Positions 42,209 to 51,876 of a stretch of 64,000 nt of DNA are shown piece after piece. The notes under the pieces are model-generated. The model searched no databases, was not told the DNA's origin, and worked only from the letters and a program-made list of their open reading frames with translations. Location of the stretch: contig JANQRB010000154.1 of assembly GCA_028284775.1 (NCBI GenBank), positions 39,785 through 103,784 of the forward strand, in the 5' to 3' direction. Numbering within the stretch: the first letter of the stretch is position 1; every line of letters begins with the position of its first letter. The translations under genes were made by a program, and so were the position numbers. The stretch is from Candidatus Kapaibacterium sp. GTDB lineage: Bacteria; Bacteroidota; Ignavibacteria; Kapaibacteriales; UBA7675.

Positions 42209-42262
42209 TTTGCATGCTCCCCGGCCGATCGTCCGGCTCCTATTTTCTTTCAGTCCGGTACT

Positions 42263-43333
42263 ATGAAACAAGCGGGAAAGAAAGTTTTTAAGGTTCTTTT
42301 CCCCGGCATCATTTTGCTGGGGTCGTTTTATTTCGCGCTCAGCGATGTTAATCCCGACGAGATTCTCGACGCTCTTGCGGCAGCGGACATGCGCTGGATA
42401 TTGGCTACACTGCCCATTATCGTCGTTTCACATTATTTGCGCGCCATTCGCTGGCAGATTATGCTGAGCCCGGTGAAGAAAAGTGTCTCGCACTTCAATG
42501 CCTTTTCGGCCCTGATGATTTCCTACCTGTTTAACAATCTTATACCGCGGTCCGGCGAGCTTGCCCGACCGTTTATCCTGGCGCGTCGTGAAGAAATCCC
42601 GGTATCGACGACCCTGGCCTCCGTCGTTGTCGAGCGCGTCATCGATGTCCTGAGCCTGCTGATCCTGATGTTGCTGGCCTTGTGGGCCTTCAGCGCGCAG
42701 ATGGCGCAGGTGTTCACGGACTCCAGAATCGAGGGCGATCCGAATGCCGCCCTGCCGATTCTGCTGCTGATCGCAGCCCTCCTGCTCTTTTTGATGTATT
42801 TGCTCCTGCGTACGAATATTGCCCAGCGCATCCTGCAGTTTACGGTGCAGCGCTACTCCGATAGAGTGTACAATAAATTACTGGCGCAGCTCAACGCCTT
42901 TCGCGACGGCTTTGCCGTCCTTGCGCATCCCAGGCTCTATCCGAAAGTCTTTATTGTCACGGTGGTGATGTGGGCGCTTTATGTCATTCCGCTTTATATG
43001 GTCTTCGAGTCATTCGGCCTCAGCAGATATTATCCTCTGACGCTGTTTGACGCTAATGTTTTATGTGTTGTCACCAGTGTTGCCATCGCGGTTGCCCCGA
43101 CACCCGGCGCCGCCGGCGTTTACCATGCCGCGGCACGCGTGGCTCTTGAAAGTATTTATCAGGTGCCTTCGGGCGAGGCTGCCGCCTACGCCTTTGTTGC
43201 CCATGCAATCGGTTTTTTCACCAACATGATCGTCGGTAGTATATTTTTGCTTCGTGAAAATGCGATCGGCATTTCGCTGCGCACGCTTAAGGATCAGCCT
43301 CAAGACTCCAAAGCCATCGCCGATAATCAATAA
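42263..43333 (+). CDS. Lysylphosphatidylglycerol synthase TM-domain / flippase-like membrane protein (UPF0104)
   Basis: RAIRW, NNLIPRSGELAR, VVERVID, PTPGAAGVYH. Confidence 0.85.
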   Translation: MKQAGKKVFKVLFPGIILLGSFYFALSDVNPDEILDALAAADMRWILATLPIIVVSHYLRAIRWQIMLSPVKKSVSHFNAFSALMISYLFNNLIPRSGELARPFILARREEIPVSTTLASVVVERVIDVLSLLILMLLALWAFSAQMAQVFTDSRIEGDPNAALPILLLIAALLLFLMYLLLRTNIAQRILQFTVQRYSDRVYNKLLAQLNAFRDGFAVLAHPRLYPKVFIVTVVMWALYVIPLYMVFESFGLSRYYPLTLFDANVLCVVTSVAIAVAPTPGAAGVYHAAARVALESIYQVPSGEAAAYAFVAHAIGFFTNMIVGSIFLLRENAIGISLRTLKDQPQDSKAIADNQ

Positions 43334-43485
43334 TCGGACTGTCTCTGCCCTGCTCGCAGAACCCGAGGGAAGTAGATTTTATTCTTATATTCGCAGGACG
43401 ATGGATCGCCGTGGCATACCTGAGACTGCCGTTAATCCTTCGTGTATCCACAAACGGGCCTGTTGAACAATCTGAACTGCCTCAA

Positions 43486-44871
43486 ATGCAAAAGACGCTG
43501 GAATACATAGAGTCGCATCAGGATCAGCACATTCGAGACCTCAGTGAATTTCTGGCTATTCCGAGTGTCAGCACCGATGCGGAATACAAAGCCGATGTAG
43601 AACGCTGCGCCGCCTGGCTGTCGGAGCACCTTGCCCAGTGCGGTCTGGAAAATGTGCAGCAGATTCCAAGCGGCGGCCATCCCGCGGTCTACGCCGACTG
43701 GCTGCACGCGGGCAGTAACGCGCCCACAGTACTTTTCTATGGCCATTATGACGTTCAGCCTGTTGATCCTTTGGACCTATGGACATCGCCGCCCTTCGAA
43801 CCGATCGTCAAGGACGGCAAAATCTATGCCCGCGGAGCTGTCGATGACAAGGGGCAGGTAATGCTGCAAATCAAAGCTCTCGAAGCCTGTTTGCGTAGCG
43901 ACGGTCGCCTGCCCGTTAATGTGAAGCTCCTGATCGAGGGAGAAGAGGAAATCGGCAGTGAACATCTGGAAGATATACTGCGCGAGCATCGGGAGCGCCT
44001 TGCCTGCGACGTAATCCTCATTAGCGATACAGCCATGTTCGGCCCTGCAATGCCGTCGCTGGTATATGGCCTTCGCGGCCTGACCTATATGGAGATTACC
44101 GTTCACGGACCAAATCGGGATCTGCATTCCGGCTCTTTTGGCGGCGCTGTGGACAACCCCGCGAACGCATTGTGCGCAATGATTGCGCAACTGAAAGATG
44201 CTTTCGGTCGGATTCAGATTCCGGGCTTCTACGATAGCGTGCGGTCTGTCAGTGAAACTGAACGCCGGGAATTGCAGCGATTGCCCTGGGACGAACAGGG
44301 CTATGCCGACTCGCTGGGCCTCGCCCACACCAATGGTGAATTCGGCTATTCCACATTGGAGCGGCTCTGGGCGCGTCCGACGCTGGATGTCAATGGTATA
44401 TGGGGCGGATTTACGGGCGAAGGAGCCAAAACCGTCCTGCCCGCCAAAGCTTCGGCGAAAATTTCGATGCGTCTGGTTCCCGATCAGGACTGTCACGACA
44501 TCGCCGAAAAATTTGAGCAGTACATCAGAACGATCGCTCCTCCGACGGTTCGTGTCGAAGTTCAATCGCTGCACGGCGGCAACCCGGCCCTGACGGAGAT
44601 CGACAGCGTCGGTATGCGTGCGGCGATGCGCGCGCTCGAGCTGGCCTATGGCAGGAAACCATTTCTGCAGCGCGAAGGAGGGTCCATTCCGATTGTTCTG
44701 GTGCTGCAGGAGATTCTCGCTGCCGACACGGTTCTGATGGGCTTTGGATTAAACACCGAAAATACCCACTCGCCCAATGAGCACTTTTCGCTCGCCAACT
44801 ACAAAAGCGGCAGCATTGCCACAGCGCATTTTTACCACGAACTGTTAAATCTTTCTGCAGGCAGTGCATGA
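43486..44871 (+). CDS. M20 family dipeptidase
   Basis: YGHYDVQP, ARGAVDDKG, EGEEE, DLHSG, HSPNE. Confidence 0.92.
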   Translation: MQKTLEYIESHQDQHIRDLSEFLAIPSVSTDAEYKADVERCAAWLSEHLAQCGLENVQQIPSGGHPAVYADWLHAGSNAPTVLFYGHYDVQPVDPLDLWTSPPFEPIVKDGKIYARGAVDDKGQVMLQIKALEACLRSDGRLPVNVKLLIEGEEEIGSEHLEDILREHRERLACDVILISDTAMFGPAMPSLVYGLRGLTYMEITVHGPNRDLHSGSFGGAVDNPANALCAMIAQLKDAFGRIQIPGFYDSVRSVSETERRELQRLPWDEQGYADSLGLAHTNGEFGYSTLERLWARPTLDVNGIWGGFTGEGAKTVLPAKASAKISMRLVPDQDCHDIAEKFEQYIRTIAPPTVRVEVQSLHGGNPALTEIDSVGMRAAMRALELAYGRKPFLQREGGSIPIVLVLQEILAADTVLMGFGLNTENTHSPNEHFSLANYKSGSIATAHFYHELLNLSAGSA

Positions 44872-45800
44872 ATGCTGCGACGCGAATTCTCTTAACGGGC
44901 GGCGGCGGATTTTTCGGCCTGAATGCCATCGCGGTATTCGATTCGCTGGGATATACTGTGGTCCCGGCGTCGCGCAATCCGGAACAATATGCGGCGTATG
45001 CGCCCTCGCTTTCCTTCGTGGAGCTAGACATAAACGTTCCGGAGAGTCTGTCCAAAGCCGCGGCCCAGGTACGCCCCGACATTATCGTCCATGCCGCCGC
45101 CTACGCCAGCCCCGGTTTGTGCGAGCAAAATCCCGTTCGTGCCCAGGAGGTTAATGCCGGCGGCGCCGCTAAGGTCTTCAGTATTGCGGTCGCCCTGGAC
45201 ATACCATTTATCTTTTTGTCGACCGATCTCGTGTTTAACGGTGCGCGTGGTTATTACAGCGAGCTTGACGTGCCGGAGCCCGTTGTCAGGTATGGGGCGA
45301 CGAAGCTGACGACCGAACGTATGTTGGCCGAACAGCGATTGTTTGACAAATGGGCTGTGCTGCGCTGTTCGCTGATGTTCGGCTTGCCGACGCCATGGAA
45401 TGAAGGCTTCCCTTATTTTGCGCTTAACGCATTAAAACGTGGTGAACAGCCGACGCTTTTTTACGATCAATACCGCAGTCCCGTCTATTGCGCCGATGTG
45501 GCGCGGGCGGTCGATGCCGTCGTTAGAGGCGAGTTGTATCGTGAAGTATTTAACATCGGCGGGCCGGAGCGTCTTAACCGCGTGCAGTTTGTCGAGCGCT
45601 ATTGTCGTCGTGCCGGTATCGATTTCAGCCGCATACACAAAGCGTCGATGAATGATATGCCCGCCTACACGACCCGCGTCGCGGACGTATCGCTTACGGC
45701 AAACAAACTGACGGATTGCAGCGCCTGGCAGCCGACTGCGCTCGATGTCGCATTCGACGAGATGATCGAACGCGTGGAAGCGACAGCCTTTTCCGTGTAG
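44868..45800 (+). CDS. RmlD-like NAD(P)-dependent reductase (SDR)
   Basis: LTGGGGFFG, HAAA, STDLVFNG, YGATK, DQYRSP. Confidence 0.85.
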   Translation: MNAATRILLTGGGGFFGLNAIAVFDSLGYTVVPASRNPEQYAAYAPSLSFVELDINVPESLSKAAAQVRPDIIVHAAAYASPGLCEQNPVRAQEVNAGGAAKVFSIAVALDIPFIFLSTDLVFNGARGYYSELDVPEPVVRYGATKLTTERMLAEQRLFDKWAVLRCSLMFGLPTPWNEGFPYFALNALKRGEQPTLFYDQYRSPVYCADVARAVDAVVRGELYREVFNIGGPERLNRVQFVERYCRRAGIDFSRIHKASMNDMPAYTTRVADVSLTANKLTDCSAWQPTALDVAFDEMIERVEATAFSV

Positions 45801-45880
45801 CGCGTCTGCGGCACGATCGCCGGTTTCCCGGATTTGCGAACGAATCCGCCCGGAACACAGCTAGTACAGAGGAAACGCCG

Positions 45881-46480
45881 GTGACGCCCATTGAAATCGC
45901 AGCCAGAAAGGAGAGCCTGCGCTCCGCGATGCAAGAGCGACGCGCCACTCTGGCAGCGGCGCTCCGCAAACGCTATTCCCTCGCGATATGCGAAAACCTG
46001 TTGTCCCTGCCCCGCATTCAGGCCGCCCCCTGCGTCCATGTTTATTGTTCCTTTGCTTCGGAACCCGACAGCTTTATGGTTATGCGGCGTCTCTTCGATC
46101 TTAACAAACGAATACTGATCCCACTCGTCAGCGCCGATAACAGTCGCGAACTGCGACACGCGGAGATCCTTCCCGATGAGCGATTCGGCACCGGCCGCTT
46201 TGGAATTCCGGTACCTGAACGCACACCCGACTACTGCGACGCCGCTGCGACTTTGACACCGGACGACTGCGTCGTAGTGCCGCTGCTGGCCTTCGACCGT
46301 CAGTTGCGGCGTCTGGGGTATGGTAAGGGCTATTACGATCGTTTTCTCGCCCGGACCTCGGCATGGCGGATCGGCCTGGCCTTTGCCGCGCTTGAATGTC
46401 CGGAAGTACCGTCCGACCGCCACGACATTCCTCTCCACCAGATTGTCACTGAGCAGGGGATACTGTCTGCCGACGTCTGA
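45881..46480 (+). CDS. 5-formyltetrahydrofolate cyclo-ligase
   Basis: K..LR, VVPLLAFD..RLGYGKGYYDRFL, HDIPL; GTG start after GAGG. Confidence 0.9.
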   Translation: MTPIEIAARKESLRSAMQERRATLAAALRKRYSLAICENLLSLPRIQAAPCVHVYCSFASEPDSFMVMRRLFDLNKRILIPLVSADNSRELRHAEILPDERFGTGRFGIPVPERTPDYCDAAATLTPDDCVVVPLLAFDRQLRRLGYGKGYYDRFLARTSAWRIGLAFAALECPEVPSDRHDIPLHQIVTEQGILSADV

Positions 46481-46744
46481 GCATTGTTCAACGTCGCCGG
46501 ATAGAATCCTGGTCGTACGGCAGATTGCTTGCAAGGCAAGTCGGCAGATCCGGCGGAAATTGTTGGCCGTAATGGTTTTACTGACTGTTTGCGTATAATT
46601 TGCGGCCGGCAATCGGCACTATTTGTCAATGGCGGGAATTTTCACAATCTTCCGGCTGTTTCCTGGCACAAAATTCCGCATCCTGCAACCAGATCTGCCA
46701 CGTCGGTTTGTTCTACACATTGTAGAAACGGAATGATTGGCCCT

Positions 46745-48133
46745 ATGAAAAATCGTCTATTGCTTTTACTGATGATTTGCTGGATGACGGCGCCTCTTGC
46801 GGGGCAATCGCCGAATCCCAAGTTTACTCTCTGGCAAACGCCCAGCCTGTTGCGCGGCTTCAATCTGATGGATCTCAACGAATTGAGTCTGGATGAAGTT
46901 AAGGTCGTCAAAGACGCCGGCGCCAGCTTTGCTTATGTCTCGACGCACGGTATCTGGGAGGTCGAGTTTCCGCATGCATTGCGTCCCGATCGTCTGCAAC
47001 TACTCGACAGCCTCGTGCAGCATTGTAGGCGGCTCGAATTGTATTATGCCATTGCCGTGCGGGAAGGACCGGGCCGGCGCGACGTTTTTCAGGAATCGGA
47101 GTTAGGCGCCGCTCCCTCGACGATCTGGACAAACGCGAAGGAGCAGGCAGCGTATGGCGCGATGCTGAAGTCACTGGCGGAGCGCTACGGAGGCGACGAG
47201 GCCTGCATTGGCCTGGCGCCCTTTGTTGAGCCCAATCCACTCTTTCGGCAGGTCCACAGCAGCGGAGCGCTTCTGAAGGCGCGACTCGAACAGAATGGGA
47301 TCGATCTGCCGGCAATCTATGAGGCTCTGATCGACTCGATTCGCAGCGTGCGGCCCTTCCTGCCGGTTATCGTACAGAACGCCGGCTATTCGAGCCCGGA
47401 ATACTTCGACATTATGGAGGAGCAGCGCGACGAGTATGTCGTGTACGAGTTTCATTCCTACCGCCCGAAAGACTATACCAGCGCCAATGAAGTGAATTCC
47501 GTCGAGTATCCGGGGACCTATTTCAGCTTTATCGACCAGGCGCTGAAGTTGCATGACAAACGCTATCTCGACGAAGGCGTATTTCGCTATGTACACGATT
47601 TTCGCCGGCGTACCGGCAAACCGATCTTGTTGGGTGAATTCGGACTGCGCCAGGCTCAAATCGGCGCGCGTCGTTTTCTCGGCGATATCGGCGACATCAT
47701 GCTTGAGTCCGGCTGGCACTTCGCTTTGTGGGAATACAGCGGCGACAAAGGCAATCGCAACTACGACTATCACCTTATGGGCGATGGATATTGGGAAACG
47801 ATAATGTCCATGTTCAGTAAAGAGTCGACCTATCAACCGCCCCTTGAATCCTCCCTGCCTGAAGACAGGCCCGTCGCAACACAGGCGCGGCTCTATCCTC
47901 AACCGGCACGGGATTTTTGCAATCTGGAACTCGAAGCAAGCGGAACCGGTCCGATCGAGCTGCGTTTTTTCGATCTCGCCGGCCGTCTCCGCCTGCAACG
48001 ATCCGGGGCAGTTCTCACGCCCGGTATGTTTTCCATGCGTCTGGATATCGCCGCGCTGCCCGGCGGCTTTTATCGGCTTGACATTCGCGGCGCAGGTATC
48101 CGCAGCTTTGCCGGTGTGCTCGTGCTGCCCTGA
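46745..48133 (+). CDS. GH5-like glycoside hydrolase with T9SS-type C-terminal domain
   Basis: Signal peptide, LRGFN, VEP (NEP-like), EFHSY, GEFG, C-terminal YPQPA...GFY. Confidence 0.72.
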   Translation: MKNRLLLLLMICWMTAPLAGQSPNPKFTLWQTPSLLRGFNLMDLNELSLDEVKVVKDAGASFAYVSTHGIWEVEFPHALRPDRLQLLDSLVQHCRRLELYYAIAVREGPGRRDVFQESELGAAPSTIWTNAKEQAAYGAMLKSLAERYGGDEACIGLAPFVEPNPLFRQVHSSGALLKARLEQNGIDLPAIYEALIDSIRSVRPFLPVIVQNAGYSSPEYFDIMEEQRDEYVVYEFHSYRPKDYTSANEVNSVEYPGTYFSFIDQALKLHDKRYLDEGVFRYVHDFRRRTGKPILLGEFGLRQAQIGARRFLGDIGDIMLESGWHFALWEYSGDKGNRNYDYHLMGDGYWETIMSMFSKESTYQPPLESSLPEDRPVATQARLYPQPARDFCNLELEASGTGPIELRFFDLAGRLRLQRSGAVLTPGMFSMRLDIAALPGGFYRLDIRGAGIRSFAGVLVLP

Positions 48134-48216
48134 TCATGGCGCATGCATCGGCAATGCCTGCTATTGTCGCGTGCCCAAAGTTAAGTAATGTGCTAAGGAT
48201 CTGGGTGCAGATCTTC

Positions 48217-50733
48217 CTAGAGAAAGCCGTGCGAATCGACGTCGATCGTGATGCGAACTGCGCTGGATGGATGTTTCTGATTGTAGAGACCGTAGGCGTG
48301 AATTATGGCCTGTCGCATAATCTGCCCTGAGGGGTCGAGCTCCTTGGAATCCTTGATGATCACCAGCCGTCGGTATTCACTACGCAATTTTGGAATTGAT
48401 GGAATTGATGGACCTAGGCTGCTGAATGCCTTGTGATCACGCGGCAGGTAATATGCGAAATAGTTGGCTTGTTGGTGAACAACATCTTCGTTGCGTCCGG
48501 CAAACTCGATCCGTACAAAGCGGGAGAATGGCGGATATAGGGTTTCCCGACGCAATTGCAGCTCGTCGTTGTAAAACAGATCATAGCTGTTGGCCAGCGT
48601 CGCCAGGATAGCCTGATGTTTGGGCTTTTTACTTTGGATGATGACTTCACCTTTCTTATTCGTGCTGCGTCCCGCGCGACCCGCGACTTGTGTGAGTAGC
48701 TGATACGTACGCTCGGCGGCGCGGAAATCGGGCAGAAACAGTTGCACGTCGGCATTGACCACGCCGACCAGCGTAACGCGCTCGAAATCGATTCCCTTCG
48801 TTACCATTTGGGTGCCAACCAGGATGTCTATCTCGCCTTTGTCGAACATTGTTAACATTTTGCGATGAGAGCCCTTGCGAGAAGTCGTGTCGAGGTCCAT
48901 ACGCTGGATGACGGGCGCCAGGCCCCGCGTCGCAAGTATCTCTTCCAACTCTTGCTCTATTCGCTGTGTACCGTGGCCGATTTCCAGCATTTCAGGGTTG
49001 CCGCAATTGCCGCATGTTTTCTCGACTGCGCGTGCCAGCCCGCAGTAATGGCAGCGCATTTGACTGCGATAGCGGTGGTAGGTAAGCGTCACGGCGCAAT
49101 TGGGACACATCGGCTTATGCCCGCACTCGGGGCATTCCAGCCGCGGAGCAAAGCCCCGCAAGTTCTGAAACAGGATAATGCTCTCCTTGCGCTCCAGCCG
49201 CAGAGCGATCGCGTCGAGCAGGCGAGAGGAGAAGGAACCGAGCATTTGGCGTTTTTTGCGTTCTTCCAGGGTATCGATCACGGTGATGGCGGGTAACTCC
49301 GCGCCGTCTGCGCGTTCGCGAATTTCCAGCAGATGGTACTTGCCGCCGCGCGCGTTAAACATCGACTCCAGCGAAGGGGTCGCTGAACCGAGCAGGATCA
49401 CGGCATCGTCGAACTTGGCGCGAATAATGGCGGCGTCGCGAGCGTTGTAGCGTGGCGCGGGCGCGTCCTGTTTATAGGAAGGTTCGTGTTCTTCGTCGAC
49501 AATGATAATGCCGAGCTCGGGCAGCGGTGCGAAGACGGCCGACCGTGTGCCGATGACAATGCGCATCGTTCCAGCCTTGGCCGCACGCCAGGTGTCATAA
49601 CGTTCGCCAGTGGACATTCCGCTGTGAAACACCGCAATCGCATTGCCGAAGACAGCGCGAAAGCGATCGATGAGCTGTGGCGTCAATGCGATTTCCGGCA
49701 CCAGCAGGAGAGCGGCTTTACCTTGCTTCAAGCTTTGCTGAATGGCTCGAATGTAAATCAGTGTCTTGCCGCTTCCCGTTACGCCGTGAACCAGAAAAGT
49801 CTTAAAGCGACCGCGCTGCAGAGCTTCGTTCACTTTAGTCAGCACGTGTTCCTGCTCCAGGGTAAAGGTGATAGCGGCTTCGTTCTTGCTAACCAGTGAA
49901 TGGCCGGACGGCTCCTCGCTGCGGTACACCTCGGCATCGAATTTACGCAGGTGCCCCTTTTTAATGAGCGCTTCGGCGACGGAAACGCTGCTGTCCGTGC
50001 TGCGCAGGGCTTCCGACATGATCAGCGGATCTTCGTTATGCGCGTAGTGCAGATAGACATGGCTGAGTAAAACCGCCTGTTTGGGGGAGCGGGCATCGAG
50101 TTCGGTGAGCGCAGACTTCAAGGCCTCGCTGTCGCCAGCCAGTTTTTCCGACAGCGCCAGGGCGCGTTGGGTTTTGGCCTTAACCTCTTTTTCGACCCGC
50201 CGGTGAACTTCGATATAACCGAGTTCTTCAAGCGCGTCGATCTGAGCGCTGATGTTGTGCGAATTCACCATCCGCTCCAGGTAGCCGAGCGTCAGTTCGC
50301 CGCTGTGTTTTTCCAGCTCCTGCAGCAATGCGGCGCGGCGCGGCGCGCGGCGATGCATTCGTTCCAGCTCTTCATCCGTTGCTGCCCGCAGGAGTTGGAC
50401 GCGCAGGACGCTTTCCGGCGACATTCCCTGCGGCAGAGCTGCTTTTAAAGTTTCACCCCAGGATGCAAGGTAGTAATCGGCAATCCATTTCGTGAATGCC
50501 AGCATCGACAACGAAAAGGTCGGCTTCGGATCGAGCACCTCGAGAATCTCACGCGCGCGTTCGATTTCCGGGACATCCACGGCTACGATCACGCCGGTCA
50601 GCGTTCGCTTGCCGAAAGGCGCCAGCACCCGAGAGCCAATCAGCTCGTCCTGCCGCATTTCGTCGGGCAGGATATAGCTAAACTGCCGCGGCGTGGGCAG
50701 CGGCAGCGCCAGCGAAACAAAGTAGTGTGCCAT
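48217..50733 (-). CDS. priA: Primosomal protein N'
   Basis: HGVTGSGKT, VPEIALTPQ, DEEH, Cys-rich zinc clusters, QVAGRAGR, YPPF. Confidence 0.96.
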   Translation of the reverse strand: MAHYFVSLALPLPTPRQFSYILPDEMRQDELIGSRVLAPFGKRTLTGVIVAVDVPEIERAREILEVLDPKPTFSLSMLAFTKWIADYYLASWGETLKAALPQGMSPESVLRVQLLRAATDEELERMHRRAPRRAALLQELEKHSGELTLGYLERMVNSHNISAQIDALEELGYIEVHRRVEKEVKAKTQRALALSEKLAGDSEALKSALTELDARSPKQAVLLSHVYLHYAHNEDPLIMSEALRSTDSSVSVAEALIKKGHLRKFDAEVYRSEEPSGHSLVSKNEAAITFTLEQEHVLTKVNEALQRGRFKTFLVHGVTGSGKTLIYIRAIQQSLKQGKAALLLVPEIALTPQLIDRFRAVFGNAIAVFHSGMSTGERYDTWRAAKAGTMRIVIGTRSAVFAPLPELGIIIVDEEHEPSYKQDAPAPRYNARDAAIIRAKFDDAVILLGSATPSLESMFNARGGKYHLLEIRERADGAELPAITVIDTLEERKKRQMLGSFSSRLLDAIALRLERKESIILFQNLRGFAPRLECPECGHKPMCPNCAVTLTYHRYRSQMRCHYCGLARAVEKTCGNCGNPEMLEIGHGTQRIEQELEEILATRGLAPVIQRMDLDTTSRKGSHRKMLTMFDKGEIDILVGTQMVTKGIDFERVTLVGVVNADVQLFLPDFRAAERTYQLLTQVAGRAGRSTNKKGEVIIQSKKPKHQAILATLANSYDLFYNDELQLRRETLYPPFSRFVRIEFAGRNEDVVHQQANYFAYYLPRDHKAFSSLGPSIPSIPKLRSEYRRLVIIKDSKELDPSGQIMRQAIIHAYGLYNQKHPSSAVRITIDVDSHGFL

Positions 50734-51086
50734 TCGCAATCGTCCTGCTGAGATCTAAGGCTCCATCAATTTCCTATTGACGTCTCAGACTCCGGAATGG
50801 TGCCGCGCCCTGGTCCTTTCGTCTCTGGAGCGGAAGCGGCGCTCATCATTCATGCTTCGCTGCCGCATGCAAGTCGATTTGCGAATAGTTCAGGGTTTAG
50901 CTGCGCCAGGAAGCGAAAGCACCTGTATGTAGGCTTCTCAAGCTCCTGGTCGGGCGGCCAGAAAATATGGATGAGGGGTGTCAGATCTCTAAGGACGAAA
51001 TTCGCAGCCGACAGCGTCTCAATGACTGCGAGACTCTTTAATGCTCTGAATCCGAACGGTGAACTACCGGATGATGCCCGCAATCG

Positions 51087-51129
51087 AAAAAAACGCCAGC
51101 CCTGTCATATTGTTTTGACAGGGCTGGCG
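51087..51129 (-). terminator. Intrinsic terminator of the minus-strand secreted-protein cluster
   Basis: Perfect 14-bp stem CGCCAGCCCTGTCA/TGACAGGGCTGGCG with a 7-T tail on the minus strand. Confidence 0.88.
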
Positions 51130-51154
51130 ATGGCAAAACTATTCGATAGCCGTA

Positions 51155-51847
51155 TTAACGCATAACAACAAAGGGCACAGTGACCGTTTCCGCATGCGAC
51201 CGGACATTAACAAAGTAAGCGCCAGGCTGCAGCGTAGTAGTATCAAAGAAAGTACGCTGTTCGCCAAAATAGTCAACTTCTTTGTGTTGTACGTCCAGGG
51301 TAACGCCCGCTGCGGTTTGAATCGATATCGCCAGATAACCGTAGGTATTCATTTTGTATATGACGGCCAGGCGATCGTTAACCGGCTGAGGCGCAAGTTT
51401 AACTTTAATCGACAGCGAGCTGCCTTCGGTCGGCTGCTTCAGTTCGGCGGTCCGTACATTCAGCTGGTTCGTATTTGCCGTTGCGGCCGAGGCGTTGGCG
51501 TTAACCGCGCCGAGCTGCGGAGTCCTGGAATCCTTCGTAAGCATCCAGTTTTTTGCTCCGTCGTAACTTGCATAGCTGCTGCCGTCGATGCGATTATACA
51601 CGACCTGTACTTTAGCTTTCCGAGTAGGCGCAGCCGCCCAGGGTCTTGCATCGGGCGCAAGCGTTTTCTGAATCCATCGACTCGTACCATCGTACGAAAC
51701 ATACTCGGAGCCATCAAGGCGCTTGTAAACAACCTCCACATCGTTTTGTTTTGATTTGACGACGCCCATCCGGCCCTGTGAGACGACATCGGCCGGTAGG
51801 CCGAACACACATGCCAGAATTACGCCCAGAATAAATCTGAACTTCAT
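51155..51847 (-). CDS. Secreted protein with a duplicated 20-aa motif and probable T9SS C-terminal domain
   Basis: Signal peptide; VVYKRLDGSEYVSYDG..W and VVYNRIDGSSYASYDG..W; PQPV...LQPGAYFV. Confidence 0.7.
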   Translation of the reverse strand: MKFRFILGVILACVFGLPADVVSQGRMGVVKSKQNDVEVVYKRLDGSEYVSYDGTSRWIQKTLAPDARPWAAAPTRKAKVQVVYNRIDGSSYASYDGAKNWMLTKDSRTPQLGAVNANASAATANTNQLNVRTAELKQPTEGSSLSIKVKLAPQPVNDRLAVIYKMNTYGYLAISIQTAAGVTLDVQHKEVDYFGEQRTFFDTTTLQPGAYFVNVRSHAETVTVPFVVMR

Positions 51848-51876
51848 AGTAACCTCATTACTTGCTGATTTTTGAT

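Noticed and set aside
45801..45880. 6S RNA upstream of 5-formyl-THF cyclo-ligase
   Set aside because: Only 80 nt of intergenic space, too short for 6S RNA
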